Origin: an uncultured Ignavibacteriales bacterium | GTDB taxonomy: Bacteria > Zixibacteria > MSB-5A5 > GN15 > FEB-12 | DNA length: 64,000 nt | Assembly (NCBI GenBank): GCA_964416195.1 | Contig: CAYQDB010000008.1 | Coordinates: forward strand, 76,015 to 140,014 | Direction of reading: 5' to 3' | Shown: one piece after another, positions 1 to 9,808 of the stretch | Numbering within the stretch: position 1 is the first letter of the stretch | Layout: every line of letters starts with the position of its first letter | Made by a program: the position numbers and the translations under genes | Notes under the pieces: generated by a model | Databases searched by the model: none | The model's input: only the letters and a program-made list of their open reading frames with translations | Told to the model about the DNA's origin: nothing

Positions 1-80
1 TCTTGAGTGGATGATTGTTATATTGTTCCGATAGTGCTAGTAACGAGATAAACAGGTAAGTTCAACAAAGGGCTATAGCG

Positions 81-812
81 TTGAAAAGGAGTTTGACGGC
101 TGCCCTAATGGCAGCATGCGTGCCGCTTCTGGCGAGTGCGCAGGGGACTACATCAGGAGATGTCATAATCCATTCCAATCCGGAAGGAGCCCAGGTTACG
201 CTGTCCGGAGAGGTTGTTGTTTCCGGCGTCAGCCCTGTGCGGTTTCGTCATCCGTTGATTGGAAACTACAAGCTGATACTGAAGAAGCACGGCTATGAGT
301 CGTACTCGACTCGGGTGGTTCTGGATCCTACCAGGCAGATGGAGATAAACGTACGCTTGTCTCCGAAGACGCGATTCAAGGCAGCAGTGCGATCTCTGTT
401 CATTCCCGGCTGGGGGCAGAAGTATTCCGACCGAAAGGCAAGAGGATATCTCTTCGGCACTCTGGCGGTTGGATCGATTATTGCCTACTTCGTCACCGAC
501 GCAGACTTCGATGACAAGTATGATCTTTACCAGGAGAAACTGCGTGAATATGACTCACTCAGTACAACTGGCAACATTACGGATCTTCGTCGCCTCAAGA
601 GGGAGTTGGACAAAGCCCAGGATGACGCCTATGATGCCGAGAATGGTCGGAGAGTCGCTACTGGTGCCGCTATCGCCACTTGGGGAATTAATCTGCTTGA
701 TGTTCTGTTTTTCTTTCCAGAAGAAAAGGCAAATGTGTCGGTTAAGGGATTGTCGGTACGACCCTCAGCCGCTCCGGGTAAGGTTGGTCTGACTGTTTCC
801 AAACGGTTTTAG
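81..812 (+). CDS. PEGA-domain envelope protein
   Basis: TTG start. Signal peptide MKRSLTAALMAACVPLLASAQG. Literal 'SNPEGAQVTLSGE' PEGA motif. Hydrophobic 'FIPGWGQKY...' segment downstream. Only 12 nt precede the next ORF, so an operon is likely. Confidence 0.75.
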   Translation: MKRSLTAALMAACVPLLASAQGTTSGDVIIHSNPEGAQVTLSGEVVVSGVSPVRFRHPLIGNYKLILKKHGYESYSTRVVLDPTRQMEINVRLSPKTRFKAAVRSLFIPGWGQKYSDRKARGYLFGTLAVGSIIAYFVTDADFDDKYDLYQEKLREYDSLSTTGNITDLRRLKRELDKAQDDAYDAENGRRVATGAAIATWGINLLDVLFFFPEEKANVSVKGLSVRPSAAPGKVGLTVSKRF

Positions 813-824
813 GGAGATGGCGGT

Positions 825-2063
825 GTGGTGAAAGGCATTCGTCCGATTTCAATAATCCTGCTGGCGATGATAGTCAGCGGTTGCAGTCGCTATGTTGATT
901 CACGTAACCCTGTGCGGTCTTTACCGGAGACAGACCCGGTTCCCATCAACCTGGTGGCGCGGGTTGACAATGGTTCAGTTACGCTCAATTGGGAGGTTGA
1001 CGACAGCGCAGGTATTGCCTGGTTTCGTGTCTATGTTGCTGATTCGACCGAAGCCAGTTACACTTTGCAGGACTCAACCACCGGGTACAGCATGACTCTT
1101 GATGGGTTGATGATAAACCAACGTTACTTCTTCAAGGTGGCGGCGGTTATGAATTCAGGCCTGGAAGGTGAGCTGTCGGAGGCTGTATCGGCCGGAGTCA
1201 TGTATCTCTCGATTGTGATCCAGAATGATTGGGAATATACTGGGGCTCGTGATGTTCAGGTTCAGATAAACACTGCAGGAGAGGCTACGTCGCATGTGAT
1301 GCTGTCAGAGGATTCAACGTTTACAGGTGCCGTGTTCAGCGCTTATGTCGGTATGCAGATGAGTTTCCGGCTGTCTGCCGGGGATGGTGTCAAGACGGTT
1401 TATGCCCGCCTACAATTTGTCGATGGGTCCCAGACGGGAGAGCTTCTATCGGATGATATCATTCTTGACACCCGAGCGAAGATTGATTCGGTCTTTTTTG
1501 CCCCTCTGGGCGATACCTTTTCATTGGGTGATACCATAACATTTGGACTAGTCGCCGGTGAGATTGACGGAGAAGCGAGCGTATCATTTGCCGGTGTGAG
1601 CAACGTGCCGCTCTTTGACGACGGCACCGAGGGCGACCTTGTTGCCGGGGACGGCATATATTCTGGCTACTGGGTGGTTCCAGGCAACTTCACTGTGAAC
1701 AATGGCAGCGTCACCGGGGCCTTTACCGATGCCGCCGGCAACAGAGCGGTGCAGGTTACGGCGCAGGAGTTGCTGAATGTCAACAACCCTCCCGAGCCAG
1801 TGGAGCTGGTTGCAGTGCTTCTCCCCGACACAGTCAGCTTCACTTGGACGCAGGATACCGAGGATGATTTTGCGTCATACCGCTTATACAAAGGGAGTAC
1901 CGGAAGTGTCAGCACGGCGGATTCCCTGATTGCAGTTGAAACCGGCCGCAGTGCGGTAACCTTCCGCTATGCGCTGGCAGACGCCACCGGATATTATTTC
2001 CGGATTTTCGTCTTCGATGGACATGGGCTGTCTACGGGATCGAACATGGTTGGGATTCCATAG
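825..2063 (+). CDS. Lipoprotein with fibronectin-III-like / Ig-like repeats
   Basis: Lipobox 'LAMIVSGCS'. FN3-like segments 'VTLNWEV..YFFKVAAV' and 'VSFTWTQ..YYFRIFVFD'. Tightly packed with flanking genes. Confidence 0.7.
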   Translation: MVKGIRPISIILLAMIVSGCSRYVDSRNPVRSLPETDPVPINLVARVDNGSVTLNWEVDDSAGIAWFRVYVADSTEASYTLQDSTTGYSMTLDGLMINQRYFFKVAAVMNSGLEGELSEAVSAGVMYLSIVIQNDWEYTGARDVQVQINTAGEATSHVMLSEDSTFTGAVFSAYVGMQMSFRLSAGDGVKTVYARLQFVDGSQTGELLSDDIILDTRAKIDSVFFAPLGDTFSLGDTITFGLVAGEIDGEASVSFAGVSNVPLFDDGTEGDLVAGDGIYSGYWVVPGNFTVNNGSVTGAFTDAAGNRAVQVTAQELLNVNNPPEPVELVAVLLPDTVSFTWTQDTEDDFASYRLYKGSTGSVSTADSLIAVETGRSAVTFRYALADATGYYFRIFVFDGHGLSTGSNMVGIP

Positions 2064-2074
2064 AGGTCTCCATA

Positions 2075-2920
2075 ATGGACATTGTTGCAGGCGTAAACCT
2101 GTTTGTCGGTTTGTTTGTTGACACCTTCAAACAGTTCGGGCGGGGGCGGGTCTGGTTGCTACTGCTTGGTTATTTCCTGCTCAACTGGCTGCTTCTATAT
2201 GCACACTATGACTTCCTCTCACCACTGTTTTATGTTTGTGTCAGTTTCTGGACCGGTCTCTTCGGCGGTCAGCAAGCTGTCGGCTTTACCCATTATCCTG
2301 GCCATTTTATGTTGCTGCCATACTTCTTCGGTTGGGCGAAGTTCTATCTCGGCCTGATCCTTGAGGGGGCTGTTCTGGGCGCCGTAGCGTTGATGTTTTA
2401 TGGCAGTTTTCTTGATATTCCGAAGGAAGAACGGTCCACGCTCAGGGCAACTCTGTCATCATGGATTCATCTTGTGTTTGGGTGGCTGCTAATCAACGGC
2501 TTGATACTGTTAGTAAGCCGAGAGCTTCCGGCGCTGCTGGAGCCATGGCTGGCTGGTTCACCGCGGCGAATTCAGGCTTTCGAATTCGTGGTGCTACCTT
2601 TTTCATACGTTATGATCCTGGCGCTGTTTTTCTTTGTTCTTCCACGGGTTGCGGTCTACAGAGAGAGTTTTTTCAAAGCTCTGAAGCGCGGATTGCGTCT
2701 TTTCGTGCGGAATCCTTTTACCTGTTTTTTCCTGTCGCTGATTATTATGGTAGTGCCGGTTTTCCTTTCCATTATTGCCGGTTATTCTTCGGGGATCGTG
2801 GAGAAATTCAGGCCTGAGCTGGTATACTGGCTCCTTCTGGCCGGTCTGGTGGTTGATATCTTTTTCAATTTCTTCTGGATGGGTACGGCGGTCCGCTTCC
2901 TTATCGATGAAGAAACCTGA
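2075..2920 (+). CDS. Polytopic integral membrane protein, function unknown
   Basis: Multiple long hydrophobic helices throughout the 281 aa. Third gene of the 81-2920 co-directional cluster. Confidence 0.7.
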   Translation: MDIVAGVNLFVGLFVDTFKQFGRGRVWLLLLGYFLLNWLLLYAHYDFLSPLFYVCVSFWTGLFGGQQAVGFTHYPGHFMLLPYFFGWAKFYLGLILEGAVLGAVALMFYGSFLDIPKEERSTLRATLSSWIHLVFGWLLINGLILLVSRELPALLEPWLAGSPRRIQAFEFVVLPFSYVMILALFFFVLPRVAVYRESFFKALKRGLRLFVRNPFTCFFLSLIIMVVPVFLSIIAGYSSGIVEKFRPELVYWLLLAGLVVDIFFNFFWMGTAVRFLIDEET

Positions 2921-3106
2921 TTATTGACTTACACCTCCAGACATCTATTTCAGGTCAGTCGAACTTCTCTGTACGGGATGACAGGTGCATATGGTCTGAA
3001 AAGAGGCTATGAGCCTTGACCCAAGTCCCTGCCCTCCCAATTTCTCTCTACATAAATCCAGAAACCGGCCGATAATAACGACATACGGCCGAGGGTATTA
3101 TCTGGT

Positions 3107-4537
3107 ATGAAAAACATACTGTTGGTAGATGACGATAAGGATCTTTCGCAGTCACTGGCGAACCTCTTTGACACGGATAAGTTCAGCTTTCAATTCCTGG
3201 ACGATGGTGGCGAAGTGGAGCAATATGTCAGCGAGAACCGGGACCTTGACCTGGTGATGCTCGATGTCAATCTCCCCAGTATGTCCGGGCTTGATGTTCT
3301 CAAGCAGATAAAGCAGGTGAACGGGAACCTGCCGGTGATTGTCATTTCCGGCTTTGTTTCGACTGAAGACGCTATCGAGGCGATGCGTGAAGGAGCCTTT
3401 GAATATCTGACAAAACCATTCCAGGTTGAGAAACTTGTCGACGCGGTGAATAAGGCGTGCGGTTACGCCGCCATCAGCAAGCATCCCGAGCGCCTTCCTC
3501 TGGAGGAAACTCAGGCGCATGGTATCAACGAGATCATTGGAAAGTCGCCGGAGATTGTAGAGATCGCTAAATTGATCGGGCAAGTGGCCAAGACCGATGC
3601 CGCGGTTTTGATCTTTGGTGAGTCCGGTACCGGCAAGGAGCTGGTGGCGCAGGCTATCCATCGCAACTCCAACCGTCGGGCTAACGCCTTTCTGTCCGTC
3701 AACTGCGCGGCGCTACACGAAACGTTGCTTGAGTCAGAACTGTTCGGACATGAGAAAGGCTCTTTCACAGGCGCGTACTTCAAGCGCATCGGCAAGTTTG
3801 AGCAGGCCGACAAGGGGACGCTGTTTCTTGATGAAATCGGCGATATGTCAATGCTCACGCAATCCAAGCTGCTGCGGGTGTTGCAGGAGAAAGTGTTTGA
3901 GCGTGTGGGTGGAAACGAGCCTATCAACGTTGAGGTCCGCATCATTGCAGCTACCAATAAGTCTCTGGTGCACTGTATGAAAGAGGGTTCGTTCCGAGTC
4001 GACCTGTTTTACCGACTGAAGGTGTTCTCGATCTACATTCCTCCACTGCGAGAGCGGCTTAGTGACGTCCCGCTCCTGGTAGAGCACTTCTGTCGGAAGT
4101 TCAGCGATCAGTCGTCCCGGCCGATCAAGAGCGCCTCGAAGAAAGCCATACAGGTGCTGACGAAATATCACTGGCCGGGCAATGTCCGCGAGCTTGAGAA
4201 CAATGTTCGCACGGCTTTGGTTATGGCCAAGAGCGATACGCTGCAACCTGAAGATTTTCCCATCTTCTCCGAGGAAAGCGGCAGGGTCAGCGCTGACCTC
4301 TCAGTGCTCAAGGACGACTACGCCGACTCTTTTAAGAAGATCATTGAACCAATCATGCCCAAACTTATTGCCGGCTCACCAGGACAGATATTTCATTTTC
4401 TCGAGTCTGCTTTTGAGCGGGCAGTTATCTCCTCTTGCCTAAAGCATTTCAACGGCAACCAGGTCAAGACATCCGAGACGCTTGGCATCTCCCGTAATAC
4501 TTTGCGTGACCGCATCTCGCGGTATGGTATTTACTGA
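3107..4537 (+). CDS. Sigma-54-dependent response regulator (NtrC family): REC + AAA+ + Fis-type HTH
   Basis: REC domain 'ILLVDDD...VMLDVNLPSMSG'. Walker A 'GESGTGKE'. Sigma-54 contact loop 'GSFTGA'. 'ESELFGHEKG'. C-terminal HTH 'TSETLGISRNTLRDRISRYG'. No adjacent histidine kinase. Confidence 0.93.
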   Translation: MKNILLVDDDKDLSQSLANLFDTDKFSFQFLDDGGEVEQYVSENRDLDLVMLDVNLPSMSGLDVLKQIKQVNGNLPVIVISGFVSTEDAIEAMREGAFEYLTKPFQVEKLVDAVNKACGYAAISKHPERLPLEETQAHGINEIIGKSPEIVEIAKLIGQVAKTDAAVLIFGESGTGKELVAQAIHRNSNRRANAFLSVNCAALHETLLESELFGHEKGSFTGAYFKRIGKFEQADKGTLFLDEIGDMSMLTQSKLLRVLQEKVFERVGGNEPINVEVRIIAATNKSLVHCMKEGSFRVDLFYRLKVFSIYIPPLRERLSDVPLLVEHFCRKFSDQSSRPIKSASKKAIQVLTKYHWPGNVRELENNVRTALVMAKSDTLQPEDFPIFSEESGRVSADLSVLKDDYADSFKKIIEPIMPKLIAGSPGQIFHFLESAFERAVISSCLKHFNGNQVKTSETLGISRNTLRDRISRYGIY

Positions 4538-4540
4538 TGA

Positions 4541-4649
4541 GTAGGGCAGTGGGTCAGGAGCCTCGTGTTCCTAACGCATGGCAGTAATCAGGACCGTAGG
4601 GGAGCCGGTCTCGTGAGAGATTGTCGAAACCACAGGGGTTTCGACCTAC
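4541..4649. repeat. REP/BIME-like palindromic repeat cluster
   Basis: GTAGGG head at 4541 and GTAGG head at 4596. Perfect 9-bp hairpin GTCGAAACC/GGTTTCGAC followed by inverted head CCTAC ending at 4649. The same ...GGTT(T/C)CGACCTAC module occurs at 58626-58650 and 59964-59986. Confidence 0.8.
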
Positions 4650-4697
4650 TCGACTTTTTGTGTCCCTCCCAATAACACAATCCAACAGATTACGGCT

Positions 4698-5978
4698 TCA
4701 ACGGCCTTGTATGGTGAAGTTGTTGTCGCTTGCGTCATGAATATGGTTGTGTTGTGCGTCATAAATGTGCAATCTCATATTGTCTGATTTGGATATTCCA
4801 AAACCTGTTACGAAACCAATTGGGATTGTCCAGGTGAATTTACCAGATTTGGCATCTATTCGTTTTTCCCCCAAGTGGCCTTTATCCTTACCACCCATTT
4901 GAAGCCCAATCCATACCTCATCCACGCCAAGTGATTTCCAGGTGATTTCGTATGTCTGTCCTTCTATCCACATCTCTCCGCCATTAGGCGAAAGAACTTC
5001 GATGAACGGCATTGTATCGTTTTTCAAAAATCTGAAAGTCGAGATCATGTATGCAAGCTGGTCCAGGATTCGCAGTATTCTTTCTCTGTCGAGACCGGGA
5101 GGAGGGTACGGATAAAGAGGGTCGGGATTGACGTAGTGAGGTATGTAGCTCAATTCATAGCAAAGATTATCTCTCATGACCGAATAGGATGTTGTGTAGT
5201 GATTGTCACCAGTGGCAACGTCCAGAAAAACCTGTTTGTAAAAACAAATGTCGCCAAAGCAGACCGTGTCTGTTTCCCTGACTTTTCCATCCGACATTTC
5301 CGGTGATCGATAATAATGGTAACACTCCTCAGTGGAAGTGGGGTTGACTGCTATTGTGAGCGATTTCGGTTGAATCAGGGACCCTGAGGTATCCAGGAGG
5401 TTGACAGTTAGGTGACTATTCTCGGCGACCACAGCGTCTCCGGGAATCTTGATCTCAAATCCATATTCTTTATTTCTATATATCCTCCAGCCACTCGTAT
5501 CAACATCTACTTTAGGGCGATCAAAACATCGCTCGTACCATGTTTGCTTGCCCCACAAACCGCTGCGCGCTTTGCGGGCTTCGGTTTCAGCCTGCAGAAA
5601 TTCATGTTGCATTCTATGCTCATATCTGAGATCCGCCATCGCATATCCGTCGGCCACCATTTTCAGGTTAACGCTAGTAGAGTCAAGAAAAACATAGGCA
5701 AAAAGGAAACTAGCCACGGTGTCTACATCTGTCAGTATGACTTCCTTACCAAGAATCATACGAGACAAGCGATCCCTTGCAAAGGACCAGGGGTATTCAC
5801 GGGGTCCCCATTGTATGGACAATTCAAGGCCCTCAATACCTTTCAATCGTACCAACATACCACTCTCAAGTTGGAAAGTATCACCGTCGATCACCTTTAC
5901 CGCCGTGCCGGTGCTGTCTGCGAGTACTGTTGTCAGAGCAAGGAGTACGAATACCAGTGAAACAACAATTCTATTCAT
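4698..5978 (-). CDS. Secreted staphylococcal-nuclease (SNase/thermonuclease)-like protein fused to an unknown middle region and a C-terminal Ig-like domain
   Basis: Signal peptide. SNase signatures 'VIDGDTFQL...VRLKGIEGLE' and 'ARKARSGLWG'. C-terminal 'GEMWIEGQTYEITW...FTWTIP...NNFTI' beta-sandwich pattern. The gene is visibly AT-richer than its neighbours. Confidence 0.75.
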   Translation of the reverse strand: MNRIVVSLVFVLLALTTVLADSTGTAVKVIDGDTFQLESGMLVRLKGIEGLELSIQWGPREYPWSFARDRLSRMILGKEVILTDVDTVASFLFAYVFLDSTSVNLKMVADGYAMADLRYEHRMQHEFLQAETEARKARSGLWGKQTWYERCFDRPKVDVDTSGWRIYRNKEYGFEIKIPGDAVVAENSHLTVNLLDTSGSLIQPKSLTIAVNPTSTEECYHYYRSPEMSDGKVRETDTVCFGDICFYKQVFLDVATGDNHYTTSYSVMRDNLCYELSYIPHYVNPDPLYPYPPPGLDRERILRILDQLAYMISTFRFLKNDTMPFIEVLSPNGGEMWIEGQTYEITWKSLGVDEVWIGLQMGGKDKGHLGEKRIDAKSGKFTWTIPIGFVTGFGISKSDNMRLHIYDAQHNHIHDASDNNFTIQGR

Positions 5979-6221
5979 AATACCTCTCCATGTAGATTCA
6001 ACGCTTATATCAATCAGCTAACGCATGGGTTCTTTGCATACAGCGATCATTCACTTGAGCTTGATTCCAGTGTAACCAAGATTGTTGCCTCTACAAACTC
6101 AACAAAAAACCTCCGAGCTAACCCAGCTGACGTGAGTCATCCTGAAAGCTCATCGGCCCAGGATTCAGGGACTCCCGTCCTATAACTTGACCTGCTTCAG
6201 AGTGCTGCTATATTCTCTCTT

Positions 6222-7337
6222 ATGAAGATCTGCCATTTCTCCGACAGCCACCTCGGAGCAGGAGGGAATCACCCTAAGCGTGGGGAAAGCGGGCTTACCC
6301 TGCGCCAGGAAGATATTATCAACAGCTTCATTGAAGCGGTCGATAAAATCATAGCGATTAAGCCAGATATCTGTATCCATTCGGGGGACTTGTTTGATTC
6401 TGTTCGACCGCTCAACAGGATCATGGCCATCGCCGCCGAGCAACTGTCCCGTCTGACCGAGGATAACGGTGTCCCTACGATCATAATAACCGGCAACCAT
6501 GATGCCCCTAAGCAGCCGCACATCGGGGCTGCAATCGAAGTGCTTAAGTACATTGACAATCTATACATATCAGCCGGAACGGCCTTGCAAGTGTTCGAAA
6601 TACAGGGGTCGAAGTTTTTTGCCCTGCCATATTGCCTGACAACTGCAATCCAGATACAGGAATTGGATAAGTGCATGCCGGATAGGAACGCCGAGTACAA
6701 CATTCTTATTGCCCACGGGATCGCAGCTGGCATGCCGGAGTTCTCCATGGCGGAACTGGGCGAGCTGGAGATTCCGCGGGAGGTCATGGATAGGTTTGAC
6801 TACGTTGCTTTCGGCCACTTCCACAACTACAGCAAGGTTGGCACACGCGCCTACTACGCCGGTTCGACGGAGAGATTGACACAGGCCGAAAGAAAGGCCG
6901 CCAAGGGATTTGTCGAGATTGACCTCGATCCTTTTCGGGTGAGCTTCCATGAGGTACGCTGCCGCGAGATGGTGGACATGCAGACCGTTAACGCTGCCGG
7001 CAAGCGAGGCGACCAATTGGCGGTTATCTTGAAGGAGAAGATAGAGAGTCTGGACAGCTCCGACAAAATCGTGCGGGTGAAGGTTGAGGGGGTAACAGAG
7101 GAAACCCTGAAGACTATGCCTGTGGAAGTGATAAACGAGCTTAGGCGGAAGTCCTTTTCGCTTAACATCAGCTTTGAAAGGGCCAGAACTGACGATTCCG
7201 CCAGTCCCATTGGTCGCTCGGCAATTGGGCGCCTTGACGCCGGTTTCATTGAGTTTCTTGAAGCGGTAGACTTAAGAGGATTCGACCGAGAACGGCTGAA
7301 ACGAGAAGCGCTGAAGTATCTAAGTGTTGAGGAGTGA
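6222..7337 (+). CDS. SbcD/Mre11-family metallophosphoesterase nuclease (no SbcC/Rad50 partner adjacent)
   Basis: Calcineurin-like phosphoesterase motifs 'HFSDSHLG', 'SGDLFD', 'GNHD' and 'GHFH'. Length and C-terminal region are typical of SbcD. Confidence 0.8.
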   Translation: MKICHFSDSHLGAGGNHPKRGESGLTLRQEDIINSFIEAVDKIIAIKPDICIHSGDLFDSVRPLNRIMAIAAEQLSRLTEDNGVPTIIITGNHDAPKQPHIGAAIEVLKYIDNLYISAGTALQVFEIQGSKFFALPYCLTTAIQIQELDKCMPDRNAEYNILIAHGIAAGMPEFSMAELGELEIPREVMDRFDYVAFGHFHNYSKVGTRAYYAGSTERLTQAERKAAKGFVEIDLDPFRVSFHEVRCREMVDMQTVNAAGKRGDQLAVILKEKIESLDSSDKIVRVKVEGVTEETLKTMPVEVINELRRKSFSLNISFERARTDDSASPIGRSAIGRLDAGFIEFLEAVDLRGFDRERLKREALKYLSVEE

Positions 7338-7351
7338 AGGGATGCTCGGGC

Positions 7352-7451
7352 GGGGCAGATGTGGACTCGCCTTTGGCGAGCCGCCCACAAAATATTGTAG
7401 ATCGGGTTTGATCTTACCCCACCGAAGGCAGACCTGCAAAACTCGACCTAC
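7352..7451. repeat. Intergenic repeat cluster: 37-nt conserved element plus a short nested-IR element
   Basis: 7352-7388 'GGGGCAGATGTGGACTCGCCTTTGGCGAGCCGCCCAC' recurs at 47913-47949 with 1 mismatch. 7397-7451 is GTAGATCGGGTTT...CTCGACCTAC, a short relative of the 22270-22378 element. Confidence 0.85.
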
Positions 7452-7458
7452 AAGACCC

Positions 7459-8832
7459 TTATTTACTATAATCCACAAACGGCAAAAGCTCCAGGCCATG
7501 CAAGATCACGAGCAATACGGCCACAGGCGTGACAAAGCGCAAAACAAACTTGAGAGCTTTGTACAACCGACCCGAGGATCCGAACTCCCCGATCTTGTCG
7601 TTTTCCTTCATCACCCAGGCGACAAACAGGCAGGTGAGTAAGCCACCGATGGGAAGCATGTAGTTGGTACTGACAAAGTCAAAGATGTCAAAGAATCCCT
7701 GCGACTTTCCGCGAAAGGGAATCGTCCAGCCTGCATTGGCGGATAAAAAGCCGAACAGCCAGATCAGACCTCCCAAAAGCAGGGTTGACCGGGTGCGGCC
7801 CCAACCGCGCTCGTCAACGAAGTAGGAAACCACAACTTCAAGCAGACTGATTGCGGAGGTCAAGGCGGCAAAGGTGAGCAACACAAAAAACGGTATCGAG
7901 ATGATGGGGCCAGTCTCGGCAAACAGCACCGGCAGTGTTTTGAAGATGAGACCAACACTCTGGCCGGGTTCCAATCCGTAATGGAAAACCATGGAGAATA
8001 TGGCTATTCCGGCCATCAAGGCAATCACTGTATCCAAAACGGAAATAGTCACCGCATCGAGAGCGAGGTTGGCTTCCCGTTTCATGTAACTTCCGTAAGT
8101 AATCATGGCTCCCATCCCAAGCGACAAGGTGAAAAAGGCGTGACCCAAGGCGGATAGCACTCCTTCACATGACAGACGAGAAAAATCCGGCTTAAATAGG
8201 AACGTCAGCGCTTTGGCGCCGCCGCCGGTGAAGAAGAGGCCATAAAACATCAGCCCTAGCAGAAGACACAGAAGTGCAGGCATCAAAATTTTCGACCAGC
8301 GTTCAATACCGCGCTGAATCCCTCCGATGACGATGGCAATGCAAAAAGCCATGAAGGCGGTATGCCACAGGATTGAATCGCGCGGGCTGAGTACGAGATC
8401 GGTAAACTGTGATTGAATCTGGTCCGCGGTGCCGCTGAAGCCGACAATGGATTTGAATATGTACGCCAGCGCCCAGCCGGCCACCACACTGTAGAATGAA
8501 AGAATCACAAAGCCGGAGGTTACCCCGAGCCATCCGGCGCCCTGCCAGAGACTCCCGCGGCGATGCAGACGCTGAAAAGCGCCCACGGGGTTTTCCTGCG
8601 CTCGACGCCCGATCATAAATTCCGCTATCATTAGCGGAAGACCGACAATTACCACACATACCAAGTAGACTATTACGAAAGCTCCGCCGCCATACTCGCC
8701 GGTGATGTATGGAAACTTCCAGACGTTCCCTAGCCCGATGGCCGACCCGGCGGCAGCCAGGATGAAACCGAGGCGCGTGCCCCATTGCCCCCGGCCGATT
8801 TTCGTTTTTTTCACGATTGCTCCATCTCGCAA
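7459..8832 (-). CDS. Sodium-dependent transporter, neurotransmitter:sodium symporter (NSS/SNF) family
   Basis: Hallmark 'GSAIGLGNVWKFPY' near the N-terminus. About 12 hydrophobic helices. Confidence 0.92.
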   Translation of the reverse strand: MRDGAIVKKTKIGRGQWGTRLGFILAAAGSAIGLGNVWKFPYITGEYGGGAFVIVYLVCVVIVGLPLMIAEFMIGRRAQENPVGAFQRLHRRGSLWQGAGWLGVTSGFVILSFYSVVAGWALAYIFKSIVGFSGTADQIQSQFTDLVLSPRDSILWHTAFMAFCIAIVIGGIQRGIERWSKILMPALLCLLLGLMFYGLFFTGGGAKALTFLFKPDFSRLSCEGVLSALGHAFFTLSLGMGAMITYGSYMKREANLALDAVTISVLDTVIALMAGIAIFSMVFHYGLEPGQSVGLIFKTLPVLFAETGPIISIPFFVLLTFAALTSAISLLEVVVSYFVDERGWGRTRSTLLLGGLIWLFGFLSANAGWTIPFRGKSQGFFDIFDFVSTNYMLPIGGLLTCLFVAWVMKENDKIGEFGSSGRLYKALKFVLRFVTPVAVLLVILHGLELLPFVDYSK

Positions 8833-9124
8833 AGGGCTTGGGCACCTGCCTTCAGCCGCGTTTTATCTTCCTGTTCGGATACAAACTCGGCAGGACTAGT
8901 GGGGATTATTTCTGAATACGCTGCTGGTTTTAAAATGATGCCAACCTGTTTAATATGCTGCTTGCCTCTTCACAAATACAAGATGTGTAGAAAAAAAGAC
9001 GGCAAAGTGGTTTCGTCAACAAATAATCCTTTGTTAATAGGGATTTTTGGTTGACTCGAGTTGAACGGTACAATAAGTTCATTCAATAAACTGACAATGA
9101 TGCACCTAACGAAAAGGATAAGAA

Positions 9125-9757
9125 ATGAAGAAGCTTGTTGTTACTACGGTGGCGTTGGTTGTTTTTGCCGCAGGGAGTTCCTTGGCCATCGATGCCCACG
9201 GGTCCGCGTTCGGTAGCTTCGCAACGGCCAAGGCTATGGGCCAGGGCAACGGCGCTTTTGGCGGTGGTATTGGTATCGCCGACGCCACATCTTTCTTCGG
9301 GTCGTTCAGCTATGGACTGGCTGAGTACATTGACGGTCGCGTAAAGATTGGGATCATCGACCCGGATGGCGGCGACTCTAAAGTAACCTTCGGAGCTGAT
9401 GCACGTTATCAATTTTGGGATATGGCTGATGTAGATCCGAAGCCGTTTGATATGGCCTTTGGCGGCTTCTTTGAGTATGTTGACTATGAATTTGGGTCCG
9501 TATGGCAGTTGGGAGGGCAAGCCATCGGTTCCTATCCTCTTGAGATGAGCAACGGGTCCACATTAACGCCGTACGGTCGCTTTAACCTCAGATTGGAGGG
9601 ATACAGTATTGAGGGGGGCGACTCCGAGACTAAGATCAAATTCGGTATCAACGGCGGCGCTGCCTGGCAAGCAAGTCCAACCATCAAGGTATATGGGGAG
9701 TTTCAGTTGGATGGCAACGATGGCCTCTTTCTGGGCGCTGAGCTTAGTGTACTCTAA
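9125..9757 (+). CDS. Small outer-membrane beta-barrel protein (putative)
   Basis: Signal peptide 'MKKLVVTTVALVVFAAGSSLA'. Alternating amphipathic Gly/aromatic-rich strands. Followed by a strong terminator. Confidence 0.6.
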   Translation: MKKLVVTTVALVVFAAGSSLAIDAHGSAFGSFATAKAMGQGNGAFGGGIGIADATSFFGSFSYGLAEYIDGRVKIGIIDPDGGDSKVTFGADARYQFWDMADVDPKPFDMAFGGFFEYVDYEFGSVWQLGGQAIGSYPLEMSNGSTLTPYGRFNLRLEGYSIEGGDSETKIKFGINGGAAWQASPTIKVYGEFQLDGNDGLFLGAELSVL

Positions 9758-9782
9758 GACCGACGCTTCTGTTTGCAATTAC

Positions 9783-9805
9783 AGCCCCGAACTCCGGGGC
9801 TTTTT
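9783..9805 (+). terminator. Rho-independent terminator
   Basis: AGCCCCG / CGGGGCT stem followed by a T5 run, 26 nt after the stop at 9757. Confidence 0.7.
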
Positions 9806-9808
9806 GCT

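Noticed and set aside
6222-7337. SbcD-like gene as part of an anti-phage defence system
   Set aside because: No SMC/ABC ATPase, helicase or other defence-associated partner is adjacent. The evidence is insufficient, so it is kept only as an orphan-nuclease observation.
7324-7641. ORFs crossing the 37-nt element: 7324-7641 (+), the N-terminus of 6854-7390 (-), and 47835-48053 (-), sharing 'RQRRVHICP'
   Set aside because: The shared peptide arises from the same 37-nt DNA repeat. The ORFs overlap real genes (sbcD-like, NSS transporter) or spacer DNA.
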